DNA of 62,679 nt, from NCBI RefSeq assembly GCF_006345805.1, contig NW_021832132.1, positions 1 through 62,679 of the forward strand, in the 5' to 3' direction. A program made the position numbers and the translations under genes. This DNA comes from Octopus sinensis. Its lineage: Eukaryota. Under the pieces are notes generated by a model that ran no database searches, was not told the DNA's origin, and saw nothing but the letters and a program-made list of their open reading frames with translations. Below, one piece after another: positions 25,706 through 39,350 of the stretch. How positions within the stretch are numbered: the stretch's first letter is position 1; every line of letters begins with the position of its first letter.

Positions 25706-25755
25706 CCGGGTGTTCAACTGGTACTTATTTTATTAACCCCAAAATGATGAAATAT
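25706..25755 (-). mobile_element. Old SINE-B host, 5' part; its 3' part lies at 24078-24119
   Basis: gtgttcaactggtacttattttattaaccccaaaatgatgaaa on one side of the LINE and aaaattttgtcacaaggccagcaatttc on the other are colinear pieces of the old-type B seen intact at 26446-26648. Confidence 0.7.
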
Positions 25756-26445
25756 TGTAATATTCCTAAATACAACAATATTCATTAAAGATTATATATA
25801 AAATTTATAAATACATTTAGTAACTTTTAAAAATTCCAATTTAAAGGTTGCAAAATATTATAATCATGTATATTAATCATGTATTTTATGATTTTACACA
25901 AAGGTAAACGACCTCTATAACACTTAAAAGTACCTGAAAGAATCAGCGGTTTTCTTGTTGTTATTTGAGATTACGGTTATGTGAAATTGAGCGTTGAGTT
26001 GTTGAAACGTACTTTATAATGCAATTCATATAATTCTCAAGTTTTTAAGACAATTAAATGACTCTTCAACATACAAGAAAATGTTTCAATATTTCAAGAT
26101 ATTCTGACATTTATCACGAGGTTATTTTCTAGTGGTACGCTGTACACCTTGAATCATGTTTAATGTAGCAAAGATAATTTGAGGATTTTTACATTCAGCA
26201 AAATATTATAAATGCTGATCTTTCAAAAGATGACCCAAAAATCGATCATTGAAGAATATAACTTCATTGGTTAGTGGTCATTCTTGTTTAAACAATGTTT
26301 TATGTGATGGTGGGTGTTATAGATAGTGAGTTTTATTTTTATTATTTTAAGCAATTTTAGAAGCAGGCAACCTGCAGTCACATTTTCAGAATCATCATAT
26401 AAAATGGCTAAAAATTCATAAAAACAACACCGTCGGTTTCAAGTT

Positions 26446-26648
26446 TTGGCTCAAGGCCAGCAATTAGGGGCAGAGTAAGTCGATTAGATCAACCCCAGTA
26501 ATCAACTGGTACATGTTTTATCGACCCAGAAAGGATGAAAAGCAAAGCCGATTTCGGCGAAATTTGAACCCAGAACATAAAGACGGACGGAATACCGCAA
26601 AGCATTTTGTCCGTCTTTCGCGATAATGATTCTACCCGCTTGCTGACT
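26446..26648 (-). mobile_element. SINE-B, old form (tail ...ttgctggccttgagccaaaa)
   Basis: Full body, with a tail different from the young form. Confidence 0.8.
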
Positions 26649-26949
26649 TCCAATGGAATATATATTTAACATTACATATGATATTTCCTTTATTTATTGA
26701 AATAATCTGCATTTCTTTTTATGGTAGGATCATCACTTGGTGGAAATTAGAACCATATTCAACTGAGTAGAGAAGATAATAATAAAAACACATGAATTCT
26801 ACCAAATTGGCATATCACTTAGGAAAAGTCAGTCACTTTATTTGGAGGCAAAATACCAATTGATTCTGTTTTAGTTTGTTACCAATTCACAACTTCATAT
26901 CGCTACCTTTGTACTATGTTATTCTAGACTTTTTACTTGATCACTGCAT

Positions 26950-27009
26950 CACCACTATCATCTATCTATCTATCTATCTATCATCTATCTATCTATCTAT
27001 CTATCTATC

Positions 27010-27050
<41 letters not shown>

Positions 27051-27069
27051 ATCTCTCTATATATATATG

Positions 27070-27104
<35 letters not shown>

Positions 27105-27176
27105 ATGTATATATATGTATATATATATGTATATATATACACATATATATATACATATGTATACATATATATATAC

Positions 27177-27218
<42 letters not shown>

Positions 27219-27470
27219 ATATATATACATATATATATATATACTATATACATACATATATATATATGTATATATATACATATATATATATACATATATA
27301 TACATACACATATATATATATATATGTATATATACATGTATATATGTACATACATATATATGTATATATATATATATATATATATGTATATGTATACATA
27401 TATGTATATATACGTGTATATATATATATATGTATATATACGTGTATATATATATATATGTGTGGTGGTG

Positions 27471-27501
<31 letters not shown>

Positions 27502-27573
27502 GTGTGTGTGTGTATATATATATATGTGTGTGTATATATATGTGTATATATATATATATATTGTGTGTATATA

Positions 27574-27613
<40 letters not shown>

Positions 27614-27680
27614 TGTGTATATATATATAGTATATATATGTGTATATATGTGTATATATATATATAGTATATATAGTATA
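26950..27680. repeat. (TATC)n-(TA/TACA/TATG)n compound array
   Basis: Directly visible. Confidence 0.95.
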
Positions 27681-27774
27681 TAAGGTTAAAAATCACGTAA
27701 ATGATTTTTATCAAGCAGTCGGTATACTACAAAAGTTTATAGGCAATTTATAGATTAAATTAATAATAATGTCC

Positions 27775-27813
<39 letters not shown>

Positions 27814-27820
27814 TTATATG

Positions 27821-27987
27821 AAGGGACCAAGGGCGAAAAGGACCTGTCTCCAACATGCTTGAAGTGAGGTCTTAATTTTTTCTCTCATTAACCAGCTTTC
27901 AGCCATGTGTATATTTATCTGGAAATTTTTTAAGGTATCGGCACTTGAAGCATGCTGGAGACAAATCGTTTTCGCCCTTGCTCCCTT
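27821..27987. mobile_element. About 170-bp MITE with ~46-bp TIRs, set in (TA)n
   Basis: Left aagggaccaagggcgaaaaggacctgtctccaacatgcttgaagtg (27821-27866) versus right cacttgaagcatgctggagacaaatcgttttcgcccttgctccctt (27942-27987); mostly complementary. Confidence 0.82.
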
Positions 27988-28199
27988 GACATATATATAT
28001 ATATAAAGAATATGAGGGGTTCACTGGTGATCTAAACGAATAGGTACGCCTTTTATGAGCTATAATAGGTCATCTGTTAGGTTCCATGTTCATAGGTGAG
28101 GCTGGAACTAGGGACCCGTATTAGGCTTCCGAGTTAGCTGGTATATATTATATTAGAAAAAGGACAACAAAAACCAAGGCAGTGCGGGTACCGTAATTG

Positions 28200-29150
28200 A
28201 ATATTCTAAATGACTTGAGATACTAGTCTTGTCTTCGTCTTGTCTTGGCATTTGTTGTCTTTTTTCTAAATCACTTTTTCTACATTACACCTGTACACCG
28301 TTATCTACTTCATTCCTTAGATCCTTAAATCTAATGTCCCTCCTCCCATCATTGTTTCCGAACGTTACTGCCCTACAATTATCATATCAAAATATCTCGC
28401 CGAACTCTTCTCACACTGAGTATTAGCCTTGCTATATATATTATTATGACACCAACCATCCCCCGTGCATTTTCCTCTACTTCTTTTCATCTGATTCAAC
28501 CCGCTGAGGTCTTAACACTCATCCTAATTCACTCTACAGCATTGCGGTGGAATATTATTCATTCAGTTATGCATGGGCCGTCACCATATATTCGATCCCA
28601 GAACCCCAACTCTTCCACTTTTCGCCGAACTTGTTCTCACCATCAAATTCTAATATCAGTGAAGTCTTACTATCACGTTACTGAAGTAGCTAAGGGGATC
28701 AAAATCGTTCTTGACAATGCCAACGTATTTGCAATTATAGTTATACCCACGTGTTAAACCATCCCACTAACCCAACCAAGATCTATAGCAGAACACTGCC
28801 CACAACTATTTCTGCTTCCATATATTTTCGTATTTATTAATCCCGGTATTACATTTTTTGTATTTTCAATACATACCGTTACTCCATCTTCGGTTTCACT
28901 TTATCCCACATATGTCATACAAAATCGGCTGTACAATCATAGTAAATATTGTCTTCTCCATTCCCAAAATACAGCATCTCACAATTTTTTCAAATAACTT
29001 ACCCCTTCACTGAGATAAAGTCGTAACCTGGGCCATCATCCAATACACAGATCTGTTTATACCTCCTGCAACAGCCAGATTGGAGTGGTTATATGTTTTA
29101 TTCCCGTTGTAATAAGCGTTGCTTCGTTCACATTTCTAACATCTTCAACC
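28200..29150 (-). mobile_element. Possible heavily decayed RTE-like LINE fragment
   Basis: Only patchy motifs across frames (LEFDGE..KVEE..LGS.I..DG, PAML.SE); many stops. Confidence 0.3.
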
Positions 29151-29193
29151 CGATCCTAGGTTAAATTTTTATATCACCGACCGTATTACTTAT

Positions 29194-29614
29194 GGATCTT
29201 TTCGGTTTGAACGGCAGTTTTTTTAAAATAATTTCCACGTAACTAAACACTTTTAAACTTCGTATACTGGTAGAATGGGTTTATAAAACATCTTTTTCTC
29301 TTGGCTTTATTGAGAAAATTCTATTGTTTGTAAGATATTTGTTGTTGGTTTTTCTTCAATTTCTGCAATTTCAACCAATCAATGACATCTATTGAGGTAA
29401 AAAAAGGCATTCTGTACCGTATGAATATGTCCCTCGTTTAAGAAACAGATTGGGTTTATTTACATTTGTGAAGAAAAAAGATACCCTTCCCCTCACACCT
29501 AACCCTAACCCTAAAACAGATTGAAATACAAAAGATCGATACTAGAGTCATAATTATGGGTGACAATTTCATATGACACCGCTAGAAAAACTGCCGTCCA
29601 AACCGAAAAGATCC
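29194..29614. mobile_element. About 420-bp MITE with 29-bp TIRs
   Basis: ggatcttttcggtttgaacggcagttttt versus aaaaactgccgtccaaaccgaaaagatcc (1 mismatch). Internal cctaaccctaaccctaa. Confidence 0.88.
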
Positions 29615-29829
29615 TTACGTATTGCTCCAAAGAGATTATCTATTGCATAAAACCACACAGAAAGAAAAAATTGTAAAAGGCTATCCGATCGTATTACAAA
29701 ACATTTGTTGAACGTACAATGGAAGAGAAGAGAGGACACTTAAGCACTCATCCGCCACTTCAGTTCTTTAGGATATCAGGCTATTTCTCGTGAACAGTGG
29801 ATGTGATCTTTGTTGCTTTTTTTTTGTTG

Positions 29830-29922
29830 AACAGCAGGTTTCATTTCTCGTAATACACATATATATGCATATATATATGCATATATATATATGTATGTAC
29901 ATATTTATATTTATATTTATAT

Positions 29923-29954
<32 letters not shown>

Positions 29955-29990
29955 CATATATATGTATGTACATATTTATATTTATATATA

Positions 29991-30045
<55 letters not shown>

Positions 30046-30075
30046 TATATACATATATATATGTATGTATATGTG

Positions 30076-30124
<49 letters not shown>

Positions 30125-30176
30125 TATATATTTATATTCATATATATATATGTATATATACATATATATATATATG

Positions 30177-30227
<51 letters not shown>

Positions 30228-30360
30228 ATGTATATGTATATATATACATATATATTTATACACACACATATATATATATACACATATATGTTTATGCATG
30301 CATGTATATATGCATGTATCACTACATGCATATAGATAACTATATATATGTATACACACA
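29830..30360. repeat. (TA)n/(TACA)n array
   Basis: Directly visible. Confidence 0.95.
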
Positions 30361-31602
30361 CTCATACAAGACTCACATATGTGTCTGAGTTTGTATGTCG
30401 ATCCGTTGCTCGTGAGTGAGTTAAGTCCGCATGCGTAACAATGCAACTAATTAATTTTCGCGTTATGGAATTCTTAATAATTCCATACATGACTTTCTTT
30501 CCTCGCTATTATCTTTCTCTCTCGATACATACATACATACATACATACATACATACATACATACATACATACATACACACATCCGTTTCTCTTTATTGAT
30601 TCTGTGAGTAATTGTTTATGGCGCTTCCTGCCGTTATTTTGTCCAGTTCGGTATTGGTCATACGGATTTGTTTATGTGTTCTTTAGAAATTGTCTGGCTT
30701 CAAGAATTTTTTAGCATTTATTTGTGTTTTGTCTATCGGCATCGTTGGTGACAATAAGTTTGGTATTGCGTAGTTCTTAAAAAAATATTCATACTTGAAT
30801 ATCTACAAACACATATACACATATATATATACATACACACCTACATACATACATACATACATACATACATCGATATATACTGACATACATAAATACACAC
30901 ACAAATTCATACATACATGCATACATGACGATATAAGAAAAAAATGAATACTAAAAAAATTCTTAATGCCAGACAATTACTAAAGAACATATAAACAAAT
31001 CCGAATGACCAATATATATACATATGTATATATATATATGTACATACACATATGTAAATATGTGTGTGTGTGTGTGTATGCATATACATAAGTGGTGATG
31101 GATATGGATGTACGTACGTTTGTCTGTAATCTTGTGGTGTGTTATATGATATTATGTCGAGCTGTCGTAAATTAATACTTTTGGCGCGACTTTCTGTCTC
31201 ACCGGCTGCCTAACTGCGACCATCCTTGCTGTCTTCGCAGCGAAAAACTCTATGCGTTTGCATGCTTTACTGGGTGCAAAATTACCAAAAAATAAACACT
31301 TTCACATACATACATAAAGTTATATATGCATTGTATATGTATGTACGAATTACTAATCCTGTAGCGTTGTATCCCTGTAGCCGCTGCGCTCTGCACATGA
31401 CTTTCTACCATATAATTGCTATGATTCGGATATTTGTTTCGTGAACGGTCATTAATAAGATTATCACTTGACTTGATAAAGAAACAACCTAAAACAAATA
31501 TAAAAAAAAGAACGAAAAGAACTACATATCTGTTCGACTCCTTCTTTCTGATATTAAATATTCTCTACATTTCTCTCTCTCTATCAATATATCTCTCCTG
31601 CA

Positions 31603-31667
<65 letters not shown>

Positions 31668-33149
31668 GTATGTATGTGCATTTGCCAATTAATATATATA
31701 TTTTTTTGCTCCGATTTCTCAGATAATTTCCATATTTCTTTCTAAATAAATACACGACTTTATCGTGTTTTGATTGACAATCACACGATCAATTTTTAAT
31801 AATTGTTTTGCTCTACTTCTTATATTTTTTGTATCTCTATTATACAGTTTTCTTTGTTTTTTTTCTTTCTTTTGTCTCTTTCCTTAACGTAATATTCTAT
31901 TTTTTCTTCCTTTCTTAATATCTGTGTTTTTTATCATATATATTTTTTTTATTTTCGCATGTTATTTTTCATGTTATTGTTCTCGACGCAATAGTTTCTA
32001 GGGATTTTTCTCATATTTTGCACAAAATGTATATTGACATTGGAACGTAATGAATCCATATGGGTGTGTATGTGTGTGAGAGAGAGAGAGAAAGAACGAA
32101 TGATAGAGAGATAGAGAAGGAATGATAGTGAGTGTATGTGTTTGAGAAAGAGAGAAAAAATTATTACATTTTTTTGCTTAAATTATCGGAGGGATAAATG
32201 CTCTGTGATTAACGAAGACAGTCATTTAAGAACAGATTCTGTAATCTGACGTTTGACTCAAAATGACATAAAAACTGACATTATATATATACGCATGCAC
32301 ATATATACAATCACACGCACACGAAAGCGCCCACAAGCATGCACGAACGCATTCGCGCGTACATATGCACTTCGTACACTAGATTAAATCCAGACGTTCT
32401 CGTACACATTCGAACAACGAAAAAAAATATTTAACATAAAACATTTTATAAAAATTAAATTCCTACAGGAGCATTAATTTACAATCAGGAAATTGAACAT
32501 AAATTTATTATTCTTTTATTCGTGAATGAACATATATCTTCCATTTTTTTTTATATGATCTTAGATATATTTTCTTCTACTAACTATGAAGTCAAATCAT
32601 TGTTTTTTTAATGTGTGAATTAGTCATTATTAAATTGTTAATAATAACGCTAGATTTTACTGTTGACATTAGCGTTACCATGAGTTAGAGATGCCTGGTT
32701 CAGATTAATTAATGTAACGCATACATACCAACACGCAAAGAAACACGAGCGTGTATAAGTGTGCATGAGTTTATATAGATAATATTTCCAGACACATAGT
32801 CGACAAAATGCGGGGTAAAAAGATCCAGCTGATGTTATAGCGAAAGCGTTCATGGATTTTACAGTGAAAAATATATGTAAAATCATCCAGTCTATATTTA
32901 CTAGGATTCAATTTGTAACATTTATGTCAAAAGCAATGAATTTTGCTTGATTGGAAGCAATTCAGTCAGCAACACACGTTAACCCTTTGGCGACATGTTA
33001 TTAAGAAAATCTGTACATGGCAACCAAAGTAAGATATTTTGCACACATAAAATTGATAGCCGGAAAAAGCAGACGGGCTTCATAAGTACACACCTTGAAT
33101 TGTGAACCCCAGTGTGTATGTATGTAGGCACGTATATATATATATAAAC

Positions 33150-33323
33150 ATACATACGACAGGCTTTCACTCACTTTCTGACTACTAAATTCTTCACTCA
33201 CTAGTCATTAGCCAGCTTAAGGCTTATAGTAAGAGACACTTGCCCAAGATGCCACGCGGCAGAATTTAACCTGAAACCATATAGTTTAGAAGAAAACTTT
33301 TTACCACACAGTCACGTCTACGC
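33150..33323 (-). mobile_element. SINE-A, 5' half, decayed
   Basis: gacacttgcccaagatgccacgc...ttaccacacagtcacgtctacgc. Confidence 0.7.
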
Positions 33324-33353
33324 AATCATATATATATATATATATATATATAT

Positions 33354-33420
<67 letters not shown>

Positions 33421-34164
33421 GGGGGTTAAAAAGGCAATCGATATTTCGATTGTTGCCTTGTTGTATATAATTATATATACTCACTTGCCAATACCGAACA
33501 TTGAGAATGAGTGCTCAGCACTGCATAGGTGGATAAAATATTCTATAATTGGGCATTAACAAGGTAAACAATGAAACTATCGACTGCCCTGTTAAACCCT
33601 CCTGCCGCATATATATACACACACACGGGGCAGGACGTTGAAAAAGACCTTCAAAAAGACGGATGTTCCTATTTTAGGTTCAACGACTATTTATCAAGTA
33701 GCATGGGCTTTCAGAAATTCTGGTTTGATGTCTGGCGTACTGGAAGACCACTAATAAGGAGCAACTCTTCATGATTTTGTTAAAGCATTTCACTCTGATA
33801 TGAAACAGATATGCAGTGAATAGAATTGAGCATTTTGGGGGTCTTTTATGGAAGACTTATTGGACCTAAAATATAAGGTGGTGCAATCGCCAGCGAAGAG
33901 ATTTTCCGATGCTTGGTTGAGTAGGAGGGCGTCGTAGTGCGCATGGAAGTTGCGCGTGCGAACCCGGGCGAGGCCGATCATAGTTGTAACACCCTCGTAC
34001 ACAGGCATTGTCGGAATTTTGTAGTCATTTGTCAGTGATGTTCTTCTTCGTTTACGAGTGAAAAGCCATTATCATCATCTATGTATGTATGTATTGTGTG
34101 TGTGTGTGTATGTATACGAGGTCCTTCCAGAGTTTCATTCTACCAAATTCAATCACAAGGTATT

Positions 34165-34396
34165 CTTATTTCTTTATTGCTCACAAGGGGCTAAACATAG
34201 AGGAGAAAACAAGGACAGACAAACGGATTAAGTCGATTACATCGACCCCAGTGCGTAACTGGTACTTATTTAATCAACCCAGAAAGGATGAAAGGCAAAG
34301 TCGACCTCGTCGGAATTTGAACTCAGACGAACGACAGACGAAATACCGCTAAGCATTTCGCCAGGTTTGCTAACGATTCTGCCAGCTTGCCGCCTT
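34165..34396 (-). mobile_element. Young SINE-B inserted into a decayed SINE-A, with a 19-bp TSD
   Basis: aattca(a/c)tcacaaggtatt at 34146-34164 and 34397-34415. The flanks rejoin as SINE-A (ctaccaaatccactcacaaggctttggtcggccc). Confidence 0.88.
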
Positions 34397-35397
34397 AATT
34401 CACTCACAAGGTATTGGTCTGCCCAGAGCAATTGCAGAATGGCGCAAATGACTGTGTTATCAGATTGAAACTAAAACTTCGATACATTCTTAACTATACA
34501 GCCATATATAAAACTTTTCATTATATAATGATATCTTTCGTCAGTTGAATATATCGTGGTACAATAAAAACTCATATTTCGAAGCTGAGAGATATTCTTT
34601 CCTGAAATGAACGCCAGTAAAAGACCATGCATCCTTCTGATTAATAACACAAAAGTCGTGAGTAAGTAATGTTTCGTTACAGTGAAAATATTTAACACCA
34701 CAAAGCGATCAGCAAAATTTGATACTCCGAATCATGGTTTGGGTATATCTCTTAGTTCAAACCTAAGACACGAGCTATTCAGTATCTTTTACATTGTATA
34801 CCAACTAAATGCCGATCGATATACTGGATGCGATAAACTCTACTGCCATCTTGAAAACTGTCCAACTTCGTTAATACCATTTACGTCACATTGTTCAATC
34901 TAGCATTCTGAAGACTATAGGGTCTGTCCACCTTATTAATCATATTTATTAATACTAAAGGTGAAATACCCAAAATTGAGTAAATGCTCTTTATTTCTTT
35001 ATTCTTTATTTACTTCTATCTTCAAAACAAAACGTGATATCGTTATCATGATATTTTTTTTCCCGAAGAATGACTCTTGTGTCTCTGCTTAGTTTACACC
35101 ATCCGATAAACCTTAGCTCAGCTGGGTGTGAGTTATAAATACAAATTATCTGCTTATATCTATTTCACGCTGCATTATAATCATCCAGCGCTAATCACAT
35201 ATTTTACGAGCCATTCTGTTCGATTGAAGACACTTATAACGACCATCAATTTATTTTAGAAACGTTGATATTCTCTCTTAAGAAAACAGTAGGAAAATAA
35301 AAATAACTATTCTATTTATTTCACTATATATTTTCCCTAAATAAAGTAGACGTTTCTGGTAACTTGGGTTGCTTATTTCCTTCCTCTTATTCATAGG

Positions 35398-35398
35398 A

Positions 35399-35438
<40 letters not shown>

Positions 35439-35445
35439 GTTATTG

Positions 35446-35495
<50 letters not shown>

Positions 35496-35510
35496 GTTGT
35501 TGTTGTTGTT
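35398..35510. repeat. (TTA)n(TTG)n microsatellite
   Basis: Directly visible. Confidence 0.95.
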
Positions 35511-35725
35511 AAGGCGGTGAGATGGCAGAATCGTTAGCACGCCGAGCAAAATGCACAGCGGGATTTCGCCTGCCGCTACGTTCTGAGTTCAAATTCCGCC
35601 GCGGTCGATTTTGCCTGTCATCCTTTCGGGAGGTCGATGAAATAAGTACCAGTTGAACACTGAGGTCGATGTAATAGACTCATCCCGCCTCCTCCAATCT
35701 GGCCTTGAAGCAAAAAATTTAAATA
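35511..35725 (+). mobile_element. SINE-B, old form
   Basis: ggcggtgagatggcagaatcgttagcacgccg...tctggccttgaagcaaaaaattt. Confidence 0.85.
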
Positions 35726-35756
35726 ATAATTATCATTATTATTGTTATTTTATTGT

Positions 35757-36830
35757 CTTTGCTCCGCTTCTAACGCTGGAGATGTACAACGGTGTCACTC
35801 GTTCACTCCCAGTGAACTAAGGTAGCACACTTTATTTTTCTAGCAACATCTGGAGTATTCGAGCGGTTCCAAGCAGTGCTATTTTCTGAAAGTCCTGCAA
35901 CTATATTACAGCAATTATTTGTTTCATGTACTTATCATGATTTTTACTCAGTTCCCAGGGCTCCGACAAGTATTGGTTCTGCTGCCAACTTTTCAGCGAC
36001 CACAACTGCTTAACCTCCCAAGCTAATCTGTCATATCTGTCGACTTTTCTTTCTTCCTTACCGTATACTTCTTTGTAAGCTGGGCATGCTATATCTATGA
36101 TCCTGCAACATCAACTCTATGTCACGAGTCAGGCATCTTGTCCACCACCACTAGGTCCACTCTGTTATGTTTTAGAACCTGATCTGTGTAGATTGGGAAA
36201 TCCCAGAGTATTTTGCTAGTGTACGACTCCACCACGATCTATGCTTAGTTCTCATACCACATCTTGCCATTCTCTAGCCCTGGTTTTTGCAGTTTCCAGT
36301 GTATCACTTTAACTGCCTCATCGTGTCACCAAAACTTGTAGTGGTTTGGGGCAAGTCTAGGGCAATCGTTCGTGATATGGGCAATGGTTTCGTCCATTCT
36401 GTTATAGATGCAGCTCAACGGAGACTCTTGCTCATTCCTAAGGTTGACCCTTCAATTCGTGGCCAAAGCCTGGCCTTGTCCTGCCACTATAGTTCTCTCA
36501 GTTTCTTTCGGTGTTCGTATCTTCAGCCAATTCCCCCAATGTTTTCCAGCAACTCCAGTTGTGGCTACACGAAATAGATTGTGTAGTCCCTTTCTGCGGA
36601 ATGATTCTTCATGTTCTTTTTGTACTTCTATGCATCATTAGGAACTTTCTTGTCTTCCTGTCCAACATCTTTAGCTCCTCCTCTGTCCACTTCAGGATTC
36701 CACAGCCATACTGAACTACTGCGACTGCGCGTGAGTTTGTTGCCTAAATTATGTTTCTGGCATTCAACATTGAAGACAAAATTTTTCTCACTCACCGCAG
36801 GTACATTTTCTTTGTCTTTATTTCATATCG
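35757..36830 (-). mobile_element. R4/Dong-clade non-LTR retrotransposon, decayed 3' ~1.1 kb
   Basis: Motifs: AVAVVQYGCGILKWTEEELKMLDRKTRK; WLK..KETE..GQALATN; DETIAHITNDCPRLA..HDEAVKVIHWKL; KILWDFPIYTDQVLKHNRVDLVVVD; IIDIACP; PILVGALG; FQKIALLGTARIL. Confidence 0.88.
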
Positions 36831-36875
36831 TTCTGTTTAATTCTGCGTCAGGTAATCCCAGGTATTTATAACTAG

Positions 36876-37265
36876 AGGCAGGCTGGCAGGATCGTTAGCA
36901 CGTCGGAGAAAATGCTTAGTGGTATTTCGTCTGCCACTACGTTCTGAGTTCAAATTCCGCCGAGGTCGACTTTGCTTTTCATCCTTTCGGGGTCTATTAA
37001 ATAAGTACCAGTTACGCACTGGGATCGATATAATCGACTTACTCTGTTTGTCAGTCCTTGTTTGTCCTCTCTGTGTTTAGCCCCTTGTGGGTAGTAAAGA
37101 AATAGGTATTTCGTCTGTCTTTAGGTTCTGAGTTCAAATTCGAACGTGGTGGACTTTACCTTTCATTCTTTCGCGGACGATAAATTCAGTACCAGTTGAG
37201 CACTGCAGTCGATGTAATCGATTTAATCCTTCCTCCGAAGTTGCCGGCCTTCAGCTAAGATTTGA
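36876..37265 (+). mobile_element. SINE-B dimer (young left unit, old-tailed right unit)
   Basis: Junction gtagtaaagaaata|ggtatttcgtctg near 37102. Confidence 0.85.
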
Positions 37266-37298
37266 AATCTTCATTATCATCTTCATCATCATTATTAC

Positions 37299-37500
37299 TA
37301 AGGCAGTGAAGCTGGCATAATCGTTAGCGCGTAAGACGGAAAACCACTTTACGTTTTTAGTTAAAATACCTCCGAGGTCGACTTTGCCTTTTATCTAATC
37401 AGATTTAATAAAATAAGTAGGAGTTGAACAACGGTGTCGACATAATCTACTATTCCCCCTCCGCTAAATACTGCAGGCCTTGTGCCAAAATTTGAAGCCA
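37299..37500 (+). mobile_element. SINE-B, old form, decayed, followed by (TTA)n to about 37566
   Basis: taaggcagtgaagctggcataatcgttagc...ggccttgtgccaaaatttgaagcca. Confidence 0.7.
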
Positions 37501-37504
37501 TTAC

Positions 37505-37547
<43 letters not shown>

Positions 37548-37964
37548 TTATTATTATTATTATCATTATGAATGGTCATTGATATACCTATGGGTTGCTC
37601 GGAGAGCTATATGCCAAATTTATATTAATATTCTTAGGTTGTCTGTCTTTGTCAGACTTTATTGTAGCAGTGCTTCGAGAAATCACTATATGTTGTTGAA
37701 TTCATTCTGCTGCTCTCTGCTTGAATTAATATTCTGATGTATTGTAAATTTGGTCTGCTACCAGATGTCTTACGCAAAACCGGAAAGGCCATGTGCCAGT
37801 TAAATAATTCTATAGACAGAAAACACACTTGGCTGTCGATGAATTCTATATCTTACGAGCGTGTGTAAGTTATTTTCTTTCTATTAATAAGTTTGCAGAC
37901 AAAAGATATATAATTTACAAGATATAATATACATACGTAAGCACGCACACATCCATATATGCAT

Positions 37965-38015
<51 letters not shown>

Positions 38016-38773
38016 ATGTGGTGGTTGTTTATATATCCAGAGGAGTAGATGTCAATACATGACGAAGAGTAAATATATATTATTAGAAGTTGAGAATTTT
38101 GAGGAGCTACACTCAGTTTAATTATTTCGATTTCCAGACGAGCAATCAAATATGTCATTTAGATATATATAAAATATTCTGGAATTATCGTCGAATTAAT
38201 GCTTGTCTGTACTTCGATATAAGATTGATCACCAAAAAGCGTAATAGAAAAAGTGTGTTCAAAGACCCGTAATATTTTCTCCTATTCAGAAACACTTGCA
38301 AATCCATATGCTTTAATTTTTATATCAAAGAGAAGATATAATTCTGAATGAATGGTTAATGTTGATAAGCACATGAATAATTTTTTTAGAATATTTATCC
38401 ATTTTTTACAGAGTGGAAAGTATATTATGGATGAAATGAAATTTGATAGTCAATTGGTAGTTGAAAGTTACACAATAAAAAACTCGAGAGAAGCATTTTC
38501 AAGACTGGCCCAATTAAAATTTTTTGTTCAAATTCGCAATAGAATCCGATGAAATGTTATAGCTCGAAGCGTTCTGAAATGTTCGATACGGTAGCAAGCA
38601 AGCCCTATAATCAACCAATCGATTTAAATTATTACCGTCAAAACAACTTCAATTAATATCTTTAAAGGTTCTACAGAAACGGTCCTCATCAGTCACAAAT
38701 GTACTTTATTAAATCCATAAAAAAACCGGAAATTAGGTTTAAATATTAAATTGATTCGATAATCTCCATATTT

Positions 38774-39128
38774 ATTTGATTGCGGACATGCTGGAGCATC
38801 ACCTTGAAAATTTCTAGTCGAACAAATCGACCCAAGGACTTGTTTTTTGAAACCTAGCACTTATTCGTTCGAGAACTTGTCAGGCTGCTACGATATAGGG
38901 ATCCAAACACACCAACACCTGTTGTCAAGCGGTGTTTGGGGGGCAAATACAGACTCAGAGGCGCGCATGCACACACACTCATATACACACACACACGGGC
39001 ACATACACACACACATATATATGTACACACACACAAGGGGCATCTTTCAGTTTCCGTCTGCCAAATCCACTCAGAAGGCTTTTGGCTGGCTCGAGCAAGC
39101 TTCTTACCACATAGCAACGCCTGCACCC
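38774..39128 (-). mobile_element. SINE-A, decayed
   Basis: Reverse complement of both A halves, with an internal (CA)n. Confidence 0.75.
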
Positions 39129-39149
39129 TATAATAATACTTTTTCTACT

Positions 39150-39350
39150 ATAGGTACATGGCGAGAAATTTGTGAGGAGGGAACTAGTCAATTAATCAAT
39201 TACATCGACCCCAATAATTAACTGGTACTTATTCTATCGATCCCGAAAAGGTAAAAGGTAAAAGGAAAACTAGACCTTGGCGGAATTTGATCTCAGCATT
39301 TAAAGACAGACGAAAGGCTGCCAAGCACTCTCTCCATTTCGCCGTCTTAA
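39150..39350 (-). mobile_element. SINE-B, old form, decayed
   Basis: tacatcgacccc...aactggtacttattctatcgatcccgaaaagg. Confidence 0.7.

Noticed and set aside
24692-25717. 341-aa ORF as a host gene
   Set aside because: It is LINE ORF2, 5'-truncated and frameshifted. Its apparent start (MNTRDH) comes from the flanking SINE.
26876-27714. IYIY-rich ORFs up to 263 aa (also 29768-30446 and 54262-55058)
   Set aside because: Translations of (TA)n and (TATC)n microsatellites.
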